Source: Pseudomonadota bacterium (GTDB lineage Bacteria > Pseudomonadota > Gammaproteobacteria > Burkholderiales > JACQAP01). From it: a stretch of 64,000 bases of DNA. A program made the translations under genes and the position numbers. The stretch covers positions 443-64,442 of the forward strand of contig JBBPIT010000012.1 in the NCBI GenBank assembly GCA_038040175.1, given 5' to 3'. The number at the start of each line of letters is the position of its first letter. Within the stretch, counting starts at the first letter, position 1. A model generated the notes under the pieces. It saw nothing but the letters and a program-made list of their open reading frames with translations. It did not search any database and was not told the DNA's origin. Shown one piece after another: positions 20,731 through 32,139 of this stretch.

Positions 20731-21264
20731 TCAGTTGCCGTGTGGCGGCGCCGGCCAGGCGCGCACGTGGCGGCGGAATGCGGGTACCGCATTGTCCCAC
20801 GAGCCCTGGTAGGCGTCCGAGAACGGCTGCAGGGAACGCAGCGCCTGCCGAATGTCCTTGTCCGGGCGCAAGGCGAATGCATCGAAGCCCACTCGGCGCA
20901 TGAAGAAAAGCTGGTCGGGCAGTACATCGCCGATTGCGCGCAATTCGCCCCGATAGCCGAACCGCGAACGCAGCAGGTAAGCCACGGAATAGCCGCGCCC
21001 GTCGGTAAACTTCGGGAAGTCCACCGCCACCAGAGGCAATTGTGGCAGCCACGGCGCGATCGGTGACGGATCATCGGCGCCGGCGAGCCACACGCCGACG
21101 TCGCCGCGCGCGATCAGCTCGGTGTGCCGCTCCAGCCACAGGGCGAGCGGAACTACGACACGGCCTGCGGGGATTTCGGCCTCGGCCAGGGGCGTTTCCG
21201 GCGAGGGGCGCAGGACCTGCCAGCCGTCCGCAACGACGGCGCCGCCGCGAATGATTTCAGGCAT
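20731..21264 (-). CDS. DUF934 family protein
   Basis: FPKFTDGRGYS, GELRAIGDVLPDQL..GFDAF; usual partner of cysI. Confidence 0.9.
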   Translation of the reverse strand: MPEIIRGGAVVADGWQVLRPSPETPLAEAEIPAGRVVVPLALWLERHTELIARGDVGVWLAGADDPSPIAPWLPQLPLVAVDFPKFTDGRGYSVAYLLRSRFGYRGELRAIGDVLPDQLFFMRRVGFDAFALRPDKDIRQALRSLQPFSDAYQGSWDNAVPAFRRHVRAWPAPPHGN

Positions 21265-22972
21265 CGGTGACCACTCCTTCACTCGGTTCTTTTTTCGTGC
21301 GCACCGGCGTTCCGTACACGCCGGCCTTGAAGGGGGCAATGCCCAGCCGCTCCACGGTGTCCACGAAGCGTTCGTCGGCTTCGCGCTTTTCCAGGTAGAT
21401 CTCCACCAGCCGCGACACCACGTCGGGCATGTCTTCGGCCTTGAACGACGGCCCGATTACCTTGCCGATCGCGCTGCGGCCGTGCCCGGCGTCGGAACCG
21501 TCGGCGCCGCCGATCGACACCTGGTACCACTCCTCCCCGTCCTTGTCGACGCCGAGGATGCCGATGTGGCCGGCGTGATGGTGGCCGCACGAGTTCATGC
21601 AGCCCGAAATGTTGAGGTTCAACTCGCCGATGTCGTGGAGATAGTCCAGGTCGTCGAAGCGGCGCTGGATCGCCTCGGCAATCGGGATCGACTTGGCGTT
21701 GGCAAGCGAGCAGAAGTCGCCGCCGGGGCAGGCGATGATATCGGTGAGCAGCCCGAGGTTCGGGGTGCCCAGCCCGGCCTGCCGCGCCTCTTCCCAAAGC
21801 GTATACAAGTCGCCAGCGCGCACGTCGGGCAGAATCAGGTTCTGTTCGTGCGCGACGCGGATCTCGCCGAAACCGAAGCGTTCGGACCAGTCGGCCACGC
21901 GCTCCATCTGCTCGGCGGTCGCGTCGCCCGGCGCCACTCCGGTCTTTTTCAGTGACAGGACCACTGCCCGGTAGCCCGGAACGCGGTGCGGACGCACCGC
22001 CCGTCCCGCCCAGCGGGCGAAGCCGCGGCTCTCAGCGATACGGCGTGCCAGTTCGCCTTCATCCTCCGGCCGCGACTGGTAGTCCGGCGCGGTGAAATAT
22101 GCAGAGACGCGTTTGAGTTCTTCTTCGGTGAGCGTACTCGGGCCGTCCTTCACCAGAGCCCACTGCTCTTCCACCTGGCGCGCGAACTCCTCGGCGCCGA
22201 GGGCCTTCACCAGGATCTTGATGCGCGCCTTGTAGATGTTGTCGCGGCGCCCGTAGCGGTTGTAGACGCGCAGGATGCACTCGACGTAGGTCATCATGTG
22301 CTGCCAGGGCAGGAACTCGCGGATCACCGTTCCCACGACCGGCGTGCGGCCCATCCCGCCGCCCACCAGCACGCGCAGCCCGAGTTCGCCGTCCGGCGCG
22401 CGCCGCAGATACAGGCCGATATCGTGGAAGGCGGTGGCGGAACGATCCTCCACGGAACCGTTGACCGCGATCTTGAACTTGCGCGGCAGGTAACTGAATT
22501 CCGGGTGGAAGGTGGACCACTGGCGCAGGATCTCGCACAGCGGCCGCGGATCGATGATCTCGTCGGGCGCAATGCCGGCGAACTCGTCCGAGGTGATATT
22601 GCGCACGCAATTGCCGCTGGTCTGGATGGCGTGCATCTCCACCGACGCGAGGTCGGCGAGGATGTCGGGGGAATCCTCGAGGCGCGGCCAGTTGTACTGG
22701 ATGTTCTGGCGCGTGGAGAAATGCCCGTAGCCGCGGTCGTAACGGCGCGCGATATACGCCAGCATGCGCAATTGGGTAGCCGACAGAAGGCCGTAGGGAA
22801 TCGCCACGCGCAGCATCGGCGCGTATTTCTGTATGTACAGCCCGTTCTGCAGGCGCAGCGGCCGGAACTCGTCTTCCGTCAGATCCCCGGCGAGGAAGCG
22901 CCGCACCTGATCGCGGTACTGCGCCACGCGCTCGGCGACGAGGTTGCGGTCAACTTGATCGTATACGTACAT
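21257..22972 (-). CDS. cysI: Sulfite reductase hemoprotein
   Basis: RPLRLQNGLY, LPRKFKIA, ACPGGDFCSLA, ISGCMNSCGHH. Confidence 0.95.
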   Translation of the reverse strand: MYVYDQVDRNLVAERVAQYRDQVRRFLAGDLTEDEFRPLRLQNGLYIQKYAPMLRVAIPYGLLSATQLRMLAYIARRYDRGYGHFSTRQNIQYNWPRLEDSPDILADLASVEMHAIQTSGNCVRNITSDEFAGIAPDEIIDPRPLCEILRQWSTFHPEFSYLPRKFKIAVNGSVEDRSATAFHDIGLYLRRAPDGELGLRVLVGGGMGRTPVVGTVIREFLPWQHMMTYVECILRVYNRYGRRDNIYKARIKILVKALGAEEFARQVEEQWALVKDGPSTLTEEELKRVSAYFTAPDYQSRPEDEGELARRIAESRGFARWAGRAVRPHRVPGYRAVVLSLKKTGVAPGDATAEQMERVADWSERFGFGEIRVAHEQNLILPDVRAGDLYTLWEEARQAGLGTPNLGLLTDIIACPGGDFCSLANAKSIPIAEAIQRRFDDLDYLHDIGELNLNISGCMNSCGHHHAGHIGILGVDKDGEEWYQVSIGGADGSDAGHGRSAIGKVIGPSFKAEDMPDVVSRLVEIYLEKREADERFVDTVERLGIAPFKAGVYGTPVRTKKEPSEGVVTDA

Positions 22973-23005
22973 CGAGATCCTTCGTTTCGTGAAAGAACTG
23001 CCGCG

Positions 23006-23785
23006 TCACCACATCAGCTTGCCGCCGATAATTACCAGCAGCGACGCCAGCGCCGGCCGCAGGAACCGCTCCGGAACCCTCGAACCCGCGTGACTGCCGA
23101 GGTAGATTCCGGGCAGCGAACCGACCAGCAGGCTGCCGAGCAGGCTGAGGTCCACCGTGCCCATCGACAGATGACCCAGACCCGCCACCGCGGTAAGCGG
23201 AACGGCGTGGGCGATATCGCTGCCGACGATGCGTGCCGCCGGCAGCAACGGGAACAGGAACAACAATGCGGTGACACCCAGCGCGCCCGCCCCCACCGAA
23301 CTCAGCGTGACCAGAGCGCCCAACACCGCACCGGTGGCGACCGTCACCGCGACCACATGACGCTGGCGCCAGCTCTCGCCCTCGATCGCCTTGCGCGAGG
23401 CCAGCCGCTGTAAACGCTCCTTGAACAGCAATGCAAGCGCGGTCAGGATCAGCGCCCCGCCAAGCGAGCCGGTGATGATTCCGGAAACGCGCGAGGTCTC
23501 GACACCCAACACTCGCAACAACACTATGCAAAGCAATGCGGCGGGCAGACTCCCCGCGGCAAGCATTCCAACGAGTTTCCAGTCGACGTTGCCGCGCTTC
23601 GAATGCACCCAGACGCCGGCGCTCTTGGTAATCGAGGCATACAGCAGATCGGTGCCTACCGCGGTCGCCGGATTGACGCCGAATACCAGGACCAGCAGAG
23701 GGGTCATCAACGAACCGCCGCCGACGCCGGTCATGCCGACGATGAACCCGACCACGAAGCCGGAAACCGCGTACGCAAACTCCAT
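23006..23785 (-). CDS. TauE/SafE family sulfite exporter
   Basis: GMTGVGGGSLMTP, AVGTDL, SSVGAGALG, VGSDIAHAVP. Confidence 0.9.
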   Translation of the reverse strand: MEFAYAVSGFVVGFIVGMTGVGGGSLMTPLLVLVFGVNPATAVGTDLLYASITKSAGVWVHSKRGNVDWKLVGMLAAGSLPAALLCIVLLRVLGVETSRVSGIITGSLGGALILTALALLFKERLQRLASRKAIEGESWRQRHVVAVTVATGAVLGALVTLSSVGAGALGVTALLFLFPLLPAARIVGSDIAHAVPLTAVAGLGHLSMGTVDLSLLGSLLVGSLPGIYLGSHAGSRVPERFLRPALASLLVIIGGKLMW

Positions 23786-23936
23786 GTCCTGTTGCCGCCT
23801 CTGCTCCGGTTGGGGTTGCGCGCACAGCCGCGCCCGTCACTGCCCAAAACATCGCGCAATCCTAGCAATGCGCGTTATATTCCTTACGACTATTCTGTTA
23901 GTATTAAATACGTTTTACTTATTTGCATAAGCCGCG

Positions 23937-24863
23937 ATGAAACTCCAGCAATTGCGTTATATCTGCGAAGTGGCGCGCCACAACCTCAATATTTCCAATG
24001 CCGCGGAGGCCTTGTTCACCTCCCAGCCCGGCATCAGCAAGCAGATCCGCAGCCTCGAGGAGGAACTGGGTGTGGACATCTTCGTGCGCCACGGCAAGCG
24101 CGTGGTGGCGGTCACCGAACCGGGCAAGGCGATCCTCGAGATTGCCCAGCGGATGCTGAAGGACGTCGAGAACTTGAAGCAAGTTGGCGAGGAATTCACC
24201 GAGGAGGACAACGGCCACCTGACCATCGCGACCACGCACACCCAGGCGCGCTACGCGCTGCCGCACGTGATCCAGCAGTTCACCAGGCGCTATCCCGGCG
24301 TGCGCCTGAGCCTGCGCCAGGGCAGCCCGACCCAGATTTCGGAGCTGGTGACTTCGGGGGAGGCCGACATCGCCATCGCCACCGAAGCAATCGAACTGTA
24401 CGAGGACCTGGTGATGCTGCCCTGCTATGAGTGGAACCGCTGCGTGCTGGTGCCGCCGGGGCATCCGCTGCTGAAGGCGAAAAAGCTCACGCTGGAAGCG
24501 ATGGCGAGCTTCCCGATCATTACCTACGACTTCGCCTTCACCGGCCGGTCGAAAATGAACCAGGCATTTGCCGACAAGGGCCTGACACCGAACGTGGTGC
24601 TTACCGCCATCGACGCCGATGTGATCAAGACTTACGTTGAATTGGGACTGGGGATCGGGATCGTGGCCATGATGGCCTACGACCCGAAGCGCGATACGCA
24701 CCTGCGCGCGATGGACGCCAGCCACATGTTCGAACCCAGCACCACCCGCATCGGCATCCGCAAGAACAGCTACCTGCGCGGCTATACCTACGAATTCATC
24801 GAGATGTTCGCGCCCCACCTCACCCGCAAAGTGGTGGACGACGCCATGCACACCAAGGGCTAG
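23937..24863 (+). CDS. cysB: CysB/Cbl LysR-type regulator
   Basis: MKLQQLRY, LFTSQPGISKQI, ATTHTQARYALP; divergent from the cys operon. Confidence 0.95.
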   Translation: MKLQQLRYICEVARHNLNISNAAEALFTSQPGISKQIRSLEEELGVDIFVRHGKRVVAVTEPGKAILEIAQRMLKDVENLKQVGEEFTEEDNGHLTIATTHTQARYALPHVIQQFTRRYPGVRLSLRQGSPTQISELVTSGEADIAIATEAIELYEDLVMLPCYEWNRCVLVPPGHPLLKAKKLTLEAMASFPIITYDFAFTGRSKMNQAFADKGLTPNVVLTAIDADVIKTYVELGLGIGIVAMMAYDPKRDTHLRAMDASHMFEPSTTRIGIRKNSYLRGYTYEFIEMFAPHLTRKVVDDAMHTKG

Positions 24864-24867
24864 ACCT

Positions 24868-25039
24868 TTTCACCGCAAAGACGCAAAGAACGCAAAGGAA
24901 AACAAGAGGCAGGAACGGGAGCCATACGCAATTCTTCTGTCGTTTCGACTACGTGGCCGGTCGGTATGCCTTATTCTCAATCCGGATTTCCGTACCCGTT
25001 ACAGTATTTCTTTGCGTTCTTTGCGTCTTTGCGGTGAAA
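24868..25039. repeat. Second gene-less inverted-repeat element (CGCAAAGA-unit arms)
   Basis: TTTCACCGCAAAGACGCAAAGAACGCAAAG 24868-24897 and exact reverse complement 25010-25039; 112-bp interior. Confidence 0.92.
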
Positions 25040-25044
25040 GTGTA

Positions 25045-26580
25045 TTAAGAACCCTTCTTGGCGAAGTCGCGCAGCCGGAACCCGAGCAACCACAGGCTGC
25101 CGAGATAGACGCCGGCACCCAGCACGACCAGTATCGCCAGCCGCGCAACGCGTACCCACGCCGGATCGAGGAGCCAGGAGCTTTCCGCGCCCATCGCCAG
25201 CCACAGCGCCGCGCTCATCAGCAACAGCGCTGCGACAATCCTGGAAAGAAACCCGAGCCATCCGGGCTGGGGCTGGAAGATGCCGTGCTGGCGCAACTTG
25301 TAGAACAGCAGGCTGGCGTTGATGCAGGCGCCCAGCGAGATGGCGAGCGCCAGCCCGGCGTGCCGGAGCTGCCAGATGAACGCGAGGTTCATGAGCTGGG
25401 TCGCCACCAGCGTGATCACCGCGATCTTTACCGGCGTCCTGATGTTCTGGCGCGCATAGAAAGCCGGGGCCAGGACTTTTACCAGTATCAGGCCCAGCAA
25501 GCCGATGCTGTAGGCCGCGAGTGCCTGCCGGGTCATCATTGCGTCCTGCCAGGTGAAAGCGCCGTGATGAAACAGCGTCGAGATCAGCGGCACCGCCAGC
25601 AGCGCCAGCGCCGCCGCGCACGGAAGGGCGAGAACAAACGTCAGCCGCAATCCCCAGTCGAGCAGCCGTGAATACTCTTCGGTGGTCTTTTCGGCAAAGC
25701 TCTTGGTCAGGCTCGGCAGCAGAATGGTGCCCAACGCCACACCCAGCAGTCCGGTCGGGAATTCCATCAGCCGGTCGGCGTAGTAGAGCCATGACACGCT
25801 GCCGGTCACCAGGAATGAAGCGAAGATGGTGTTGATCAGCAGGCTGATTTGCCCGATGGACACGCCGAACACGGCCGGACCCATGAGTTTCAGGACCCGC
25901 CACACGCCGGGATCCCTCAGCTCCAGCCTGAAGCGCGGCAGCATGCCGATCCTGGCCAGGAAGGGAAGCTGGAACGCGAGTTGAAGAACACCGCCGGCGA
26001 AAACCGCCCAGGCCAGCGCTTTAACCGGCGGATCGAAGTACGGCGCGAGCCAGAGCGCGAAGACGATGAAGGCGACGTTGAGCAGCGTCGGCGTAAACGC
26101 CGGAACCGAGAACCTGCTCCAGGTATTCAGGATTCCGCCGGCGAGCGACGTGAGCGAAATGAAAAGGATGTAGGGAAAGGTGATGCGCAGCAGCTCGACG
26201 GTGACCTGAAACTTGTCCGGCGAAGCCGTGAAGCCGGGCGCAGTGGCGTAGATGATCCATGGTGCCGCAACCACACCGAGCGCCGAAACAACAATGAGCG
26301 CCAGGGCCAGCAGCGTGGCAACGTGGTCCACCAGTGCGCGGGTCTCGTCCGGCGTGCGGGTGTTGCGGTACTCGCCCAGGATGGGCACGAAGGCCTGCGA
26401 AAACGCCCCCTCGGCGAACAACCGCCGCAACAGGTTGGGAAGGCGAAACGCGACGAAGAAGGCGTCGGTATAGAGTCCTGCGCCAAAAGCGCGGGCTATG
26501 ACGGCATCGCGGACGAACCCGAGTATGCGCGACAGCAGCGTCATGCTGCTGACGGTGGCTAGCGCCTTTAGCAGGTTCAT
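25045..26580 (-). CDS. murJ: Lipid II flippase
   Basis: [45 protein letters not shown]. Confidence 0.97.
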   Translation of the reverse strand: MNLLKALATVSSMTLLSRILGFVRDAVIARAFGAGLYTDAFFVAFRLPNLLRRLFAEGAFSQAFVPILGEYRNTRTPDETRALVDHVATLLALALIVVSALGVVAAPWIIYATAPGFTASPDKFQVTVELLRITFPYILFISLTSLAGGILNTWSRFSVPAFTPTLLNVAFIVFALWLAPYFDPPVKALAWAVFAGGVLQLAFQLPFLARIGMLPRFRLELRDPGVWRVLKLMGPAVFGVSIGQISLLINTIFASFLVTGSVSWLYYADRLMEFPTGLLGVALGTILLPSLTKSFAEKTTEEYSRLLDWGLRLTFVLALPCAAALALLAVPLISTLFHHGAFTWQDAMMTRQALAAYSIGLLGLILVKVLAPAFYARQNIRTPVKIAVITLVATQLMNLAFIWQLRHAGLALAISLGACINASLLFYKLRQHGIFQPQPGWLGFLSRIVAALLLMSAALWLAMGAESSWLLDPAWVRVARLAILVVLGAGVYLGSLWLLGFRLRDFAKKGS

Positions 26581-26818
26581 TGTCTATTTGTATCGGTTGG
26601 AAACTGCCGCCTGCGCCGGCATTGTAACCGAGAGGACGTATCGCGCCCGCCGCCGGGAACACCTCGACAGTCCGGAGGGCGCCCTTCGCGGGCGGGGGCC
26701 TTGCCCGGCGCGCGGCCCGGCTGGGTCCACTGGGGCCGGGATTGCGGGTTGCCAACAGCCTGTCGAGCCAGTAACATAGCGCACTTTTTCGCATGCCCCC
26801 TCGGTTAAGGAAGATCTA

Positions 26819-27082
26819 ATGGCCAACATCGCTTCAGCCAAGAAACGTGCGCGCCAGGCGCAAAAACGCCGCACCCATAATGTCGGTCAGCGCACCGAAT
26901 TGCGTTCCGCCATCAAGAACGTGAGGAAAGCGATCGCGGCAGGCGACAAGAAGGCCGCCCAGGCGCAGTTTCAGCAAGCGCAGAGCCGGATCGATTCGAT
27001 CGCCGACAAGAGGATCGTGCACAAGAACACGGTTTCGCGTCAGAAGAACCGGCTTGCCGCAGCCATCAAGGCGATGGCCTGA
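26819..27082 (+). CDS. rpsT: 30S ribosomal protein S20
   Basis: [27 protein letters not shown]. Confidence 0.97.
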   Translation: MANIASAKKRARQAQKRRTHNVGQRTELRSAIKNVRKAIAAGDKKAAQAQFQQAQSRIDSIADKRIVHKNTVSRQKNRLAAAIKAMA

Positions 27083-27204
27083 TCCGCAAGAAAGGCATGT
27101 GTTCAGCAGCGGTCGCGCGGGGCCGAATGCGGGTGAAAACGCTTGCATCCACATACCGAATCGGATACATATAGCGGCTGAAAACCCCAACATTTTCAAC
27201 AACA

Positions 27205-27238
27205 CACACGGCGGCTTTTTGCCGCCGTGTGCTTTTTC
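27205..27238 (+). terminator. Terminator-like hairpin between rpsT and argD
   Basis: CACACGGCGGC-ttttt-GCCGCCGTGTG followed by CTTTTTC. Confidence 0.6.
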
Positions 27239-27271
27239 TGAGCGGGCAAAAACACCCGGGCGGGTAAGACC

Positions 27272-28471
27272 ATGCAACACCTGATGAACACCTACGGCAG
27301 GCAGGCCATTGCGTTCTCGCGCGGCGAGGGTTCCTGGCTCTGGGATCTGGAAGGCAAGCGCTATCTCGACTGCCTGTGCAGCATCGCGGTCTCGGGCATC
27401 GGACATGCGCATCCCCGCCTGACCGCGGCCATCCGGGAACAGGCCGGGCGCCTCATTCATATCTCCAATCTCTACCGGATTCCCGAGCAGGAGCTGCTCG
27501 CCTCCCGGCTGTGCGCGCTCGCGGGGATGGACAAGGTGTTCTTCTGCAATTCCGGAGGTGAGGCCAACGAAGCGGCGATCAAGGTTGCGCGCCTTCACGG
27601 TCATCACAAGGGCATAGAGTCGCCCGCGATCATCGTCATGGAAAAGGCCTTCCATGGCCGCACCATCGCCACGCTTTCCGCTACCGGCAGCCGCAAGGTA
27701 CAGGCCGGCTTCGAACCGCTGCTCAGCGGCTTCGTGCGCGTGCCGTACAACGACCTGCCGGCGCTCGACCAGGTGGCGGCGCTCAATCCCAATGTCGTCG
27801 CCGTGCTGGTGGAGCCGGTGCAAGGCGAAGGCGGGATCAACGTTCCCGACGACGGTTATCTTGCGCACCTTCGTAAGGTCTGCGACGCGAAAGGCTGGCT
27901 GTTGATGCTCGACGAAGTGCAGAGCGGCATGGCGCGCACCGGCAAATGGTTCGCCTATCAGCACACCGGCATCAAGCCCGACGTCGTCACGCTCGCCAAG
28001 GGACTGGCAAACGGCTTTCCGATCGGCGCATGCCTGGCGAGCGGCGCGGCGGCGGATGTCTTCACGCCGGGCAAGCACGGCTCGACCTTCGGCGGCAATC
28101 CTCTGGCGTGCGTTGCGGCGCTGGCCACGCTCGCCGTCATCGAAGACGAGGGCCTCGCGGCGCGTGCCGCCAAGCTCGGCGACATCATCCGCGAAGGCAT
28201 CGCCGCAAAGCTCGCGGGCGTGGCCGGCGTCAAGGATATCCGCGGCAAGGGCCTGATGGTCGGGATCGAGCTCGATCGTCCCTGCGGCGATCTGGTCGAG
28301 CGCGGTCTCGATGCCGGCCTGCTGATCAACGTCACCGCCGACACCGTGGTGCGGTTGCTGCCGCCGCTGAACATGAAGGACGCGGAAGTGCAATTGCTGA
28401 TCGACGGCGTGAGCAGCGTCATCAGGACGTTTCTGACCGCCAGCAAGGCCGACGCCGCCGTCACCCATTGA
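27272..28471 (+). CDS. argD: Acetylornithine aminotransferase
   Basis: FFCNSGGEANEAA, FHGRT, DEVQSG, TLAKG, HGSTFGGNP. Confidence 0.95.
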   Translation: MQHLMNTYGRQAIAFSRGEGSWLWDLEGKRYLDCLCSIAVSGIGHAHPRLTAAIREQAGRLIHISNLYRIPEQELLASRLCALAGMDKVFFCNSGGEANEAAIKVARLHGHHKGIESPAIIVMEKAFHGRTIATLSATGSRKVQAGFEPLLSGFVRVPYNDLPALDQVAALNPNVVAVLVEPVQGEGGINVPDDGYLAHLRKVCDAKGWLLMLDEVQSGMARTGKWFAYQHTGIKPDVVTLAKGLANGFPIGACLASGAAADVFTPGKHGSTFGGNPLACVAALATLAVIEDEGLAARAAKLGDIIREGIAAKLAGVAGVKDIRGKGLMVGIELDRPCGDLVERGLDAGLLINVTADTVVRLLPPLNMKDAEVQLLIDGVSSVIRTFLTASKADAAVTH

Positions 28472-28482
28472 CGGTCCAATTC

Positions 28483-29421
28483 ATGCCGTCTCCGAAGCAC
28501 TTTCTGCAGTTCAAGAATCTCGGGCGGGACGAGCTCGAATATGTGTTCGGGCGCACGCGCTGGATCAAGCAGCAGTTCAAGGCCTACCAGCCCCACCACC
28601 CGCTGTTCGATCGCACGCTGGTAATGATTTTCGAGAAGCAGAGCACGCGCACCCGGCTGTCGTTCGAGGCCGGCATGCACCAGCTCGGCGGCTCGGCGAT
28701 CTTCCTCAGCACCCGCGATTCGCAGCTCGGCCGCGGCGAGCCGGTGGAAGACGCGGCCCAGGTGATTTCGCGCATGTGCGACATCGTGATGATCCGCACC
28801 TTCGAGCAGGAGATCATCGAGCGTTTCGCCGCGCACTCGCGCGTGCCGGTGATCAACGGGCTGACCAACGAATACCACCCCTGCCAGATCCTTGCGGATA
28901 TCTACACCTTCATCGAGCGGCGCGGGCCGATCCGCGGCAAGACGGTGGCGTGGATCGGGGACTCGAACAACGTCTGCAACACCTGGCTTCAGGCCGCCGA
29001 GGTATTGGGGTTCAACGTACATGTTTCCACCCCGCCCGGCTACGAAGTCGAGCCGGAACGCGCCGGGCTCTACGGCACCGATCACTACGAGGAGTTCGCC
29101 GACCCCATGGAAGCGGCACGCGGCGCCGACCTGGTGACCACCGACGTGTGGACCAGCATGGGCTTCGAGGCGGAGAACGAAGAGCGCAAGCGCGATTTCG
29201 GGGATTGGCAGGTGGATGCGGAAATGATGCGGCTTGCCAACCCCGAGGCCCTGTTCATGCACTGCCTGCCCGCCCATCGCGGAGAGGAAGTCGCCGCCGG
29301 GGTGATCGACGGCCTGCAAAGCGTGGTCTGGGAGGAAGCGGAGAATAGGCTGCATACCCAGAAAGCGCTGATGGAGTACTTGCTTCTGGGTCGCATGGAA
29401 GAAAATCAGAAATCAAAATAG
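28483..29421 (+). CDS. argF: Ornithine carbamoyltransferase
   Basis: STRTRLSFE, HPCQILAD, FMHCLPAHRGEE. Confidence 0.97.
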   Translation: MPSPKHFLQFKNLGRDELEYVFGRTRWIKQQFKAYQPHHPLFDRTLVMIFEKQSTRTRLSFEAGMHQLGGSAIFLSTRDSQLGRGEPVEDAAQVISRMCDIVMIRTFEQEIIERFAAHSRVPVINGLTNEYHPCQILADIYTFIERRGPIRGKTVAWIGDSNNVCNTWLQAAEVLGFNVHVSTPPGYEVEPERAGLYGTDHYEEFADPMEAARGADLVTTDVWTSMGFEAENEERKRDFGDWQVDAEMMRLANPEALFMHCLPAHRGEEVAAGVIDGLQSVVWEEAENRLHTQKALMEYLLLGRMEENQKSK

Positions 29422-29540
29422 ACAAAATGGTTGTTGGCAGTAGCTAGGGAAGCTCTGCATAAGTCCCGGGGGGGACAGGCAGTCGCGGCGCGTAGAGGCG
29501 TCGCGATCCGGAATATCGCAATTACGCTTAGGAGCCGCAC

Positions 29541-30053
29541 ATGATCGACAGAATCGTCATACCCCGCATTTTTCTGCTGCTTGCACTGCTGCTTCCCGCC
29601 TTCGGTGCGTTCGCCGCCGGCGACGAGGACGTCACCTGGATCGCCGATAGCCGCGGCTGCAAGGTCGCCAACCCGTTCCCGCAGCCGGGCGAAACCATCA
29701 AATGGAGCGGTTCCTGCAAGAACGGCCTGGCTGACGGCAACGGCGTACTGGAGTGGTTCGTCAACGGCAAACCCGTCGACCGCTACGAAGGCACGCTCCA
29801 GCAAGGCTGGGCCGAGGGTAAGGGAGCGCTGCTGCGCGAAGGCGGCCGATACGTCGGCGACTGGAAGCGCAGCCTCCAGGACGGCAACGGCCGCTACGAC
29901 GCAGCCGACGGCAGCTGGTACGAGGGCGAGTGGAAGGAGGGACAGCCGCACGGGCACGGACAGTACCGGACGCCGGACGGACGCCTGTTCAGCGGCACCT
30001 GGGAGAACGGTGTGTACGAAGGCGATATGGAAGACGATCCCAACAGGACTTGA
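29541..30053 (+). CDS. Exported MORN-repeat protein
   Basis: Signal peptide, [14 protein letters not shown] and repeated [12 protein letters not shown] units. Confidence 0.85.
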   Translation: MIDRIVIPRIFLLLALLLPAFGAFAAGDEDVTWIADSRGCKVANPFPQPGETIKWSGSCKNGLADGNGVLEWFVNGKPVDRYEGTLQQGWAEGKGALLREGGRYVGDWKRSLQDGNGRYDAADGSWYEGEWKEGQPHGHGQYRTPDGRLFSGTWENGVYEGDMEDDPNRT

Positions 30054-30070
30054 GAAAGACCACAGACATC

Positions 30071-31312
<1,242 letters not shown>

Positions 31313-31384
31313 CGACTGGCCGGGCCACCGCGGGACGCCGTTCAGCGGGAGACCGAAGAAACACCAAGCCGGGAGGGAAACATC

Positions 31385-31870
31385 ATGCCCAGTTTCGACA
31401 TCATTTCCGAGGTCAACCAGGTCGAGCTCAAGAACGCCATCGACCAGACCAACAAGGAAGTTTCCAATCGTTTTGACTTCAAGGGGTCGGACGCGCGCGT
31501 CGACCTCGCGGACAAGACGCTGACCGTGTTTGCCGACGATGACTTCAAGATCGCGCAGGTCTATGACGTGCTGATCGGCAAGATGGCCAAGCGCAACGTA
31601 GACGTACGCGCGCTGCAACGCGCCAAGTCCGAGAAAATCGGCGGCGACAAGATGAAGGAGGTGATCACCGTCAGGGTCGGCGTGGACCAGGAACTCGGCA
31701 AGAAGATCCAGAAGATGGTCAAGGACCGCAAGCTCAAGGTTCAGGCCAGCATCCAGGGAGACGTGGTGCGCATCTCCGGCGCCAAGCGTGACGATCTTCA
31801 GCAGGTGATCACGATGATGAAGAAGAACGTGACGGACTATCCGCTGCAGTTCGCCAATTTCCGCGATTGA
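31385..31870 (+). CDS. yajQ: YajQ family nucleotide-binding protein
   Basis: [38 protein letters not shown]. Confidence 0.95.
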   Translation: MPSFDIISEVNQVELKNAIDQTNKEVSNRFDFKGSDARVDLADKTLTVFADDDFKIAQVYDVLIGKMAKRNVDVRALQRAKSEKIGGDKMKEVITVRVGVDQELGKKIQKMVKDRKLKVQASIQGDVVRISGAKRDDLQQVITMMKKNVTDYPLQFANFRD

Positions 31871-31879
31871 AACGATTCG

Positions 31880-31928
31880 GTGACGGGTGACGGGTGACGG
31901 GTGGCGAGTGACAAGTGACAAGTGACAA
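31880..31928. repeat. Heptamer tandem repeat (GTGACGG x3, GTGGCGA, GTGACAA x3)
   Basis: Seven 7-bp units directly after the yajQ stop. Confidence 0.9.
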
Positions 31929-32139
31929 GTAAAGTGTACTACCTCAGTCTTGAGCTGGCACACATTGCCTGACCAAGCCGACCCCAAATCACATGCGTGG
32001 CGCTGGAAACGGCCAGGAGGAGACGGTCAAGCATTTCCTCCATAGCGGTCACTCGATCGGCACATTACCTATGCGGACAGATGTCCTCAGTGCCTGGGCA
32101 ATGAATCAAGCTGATTTCGTGCGTGACGCGCCACTCCGC

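Noticed and set aside
11400-25039. CGCAAAGA repeats as a CRISPR array
   Set aside because: Inverted pairs kilobases apart, no regular repeat-spacer period and no cas genes
26834-29355. Long antisense or alternate-frame ORFs (26834-28468, 27958-29355; also 15318-16775, 21986-23413, 38174-39736)
   Set aside because: Shadows of well-supported genes in high-GC DNA, with no recognisable motifs
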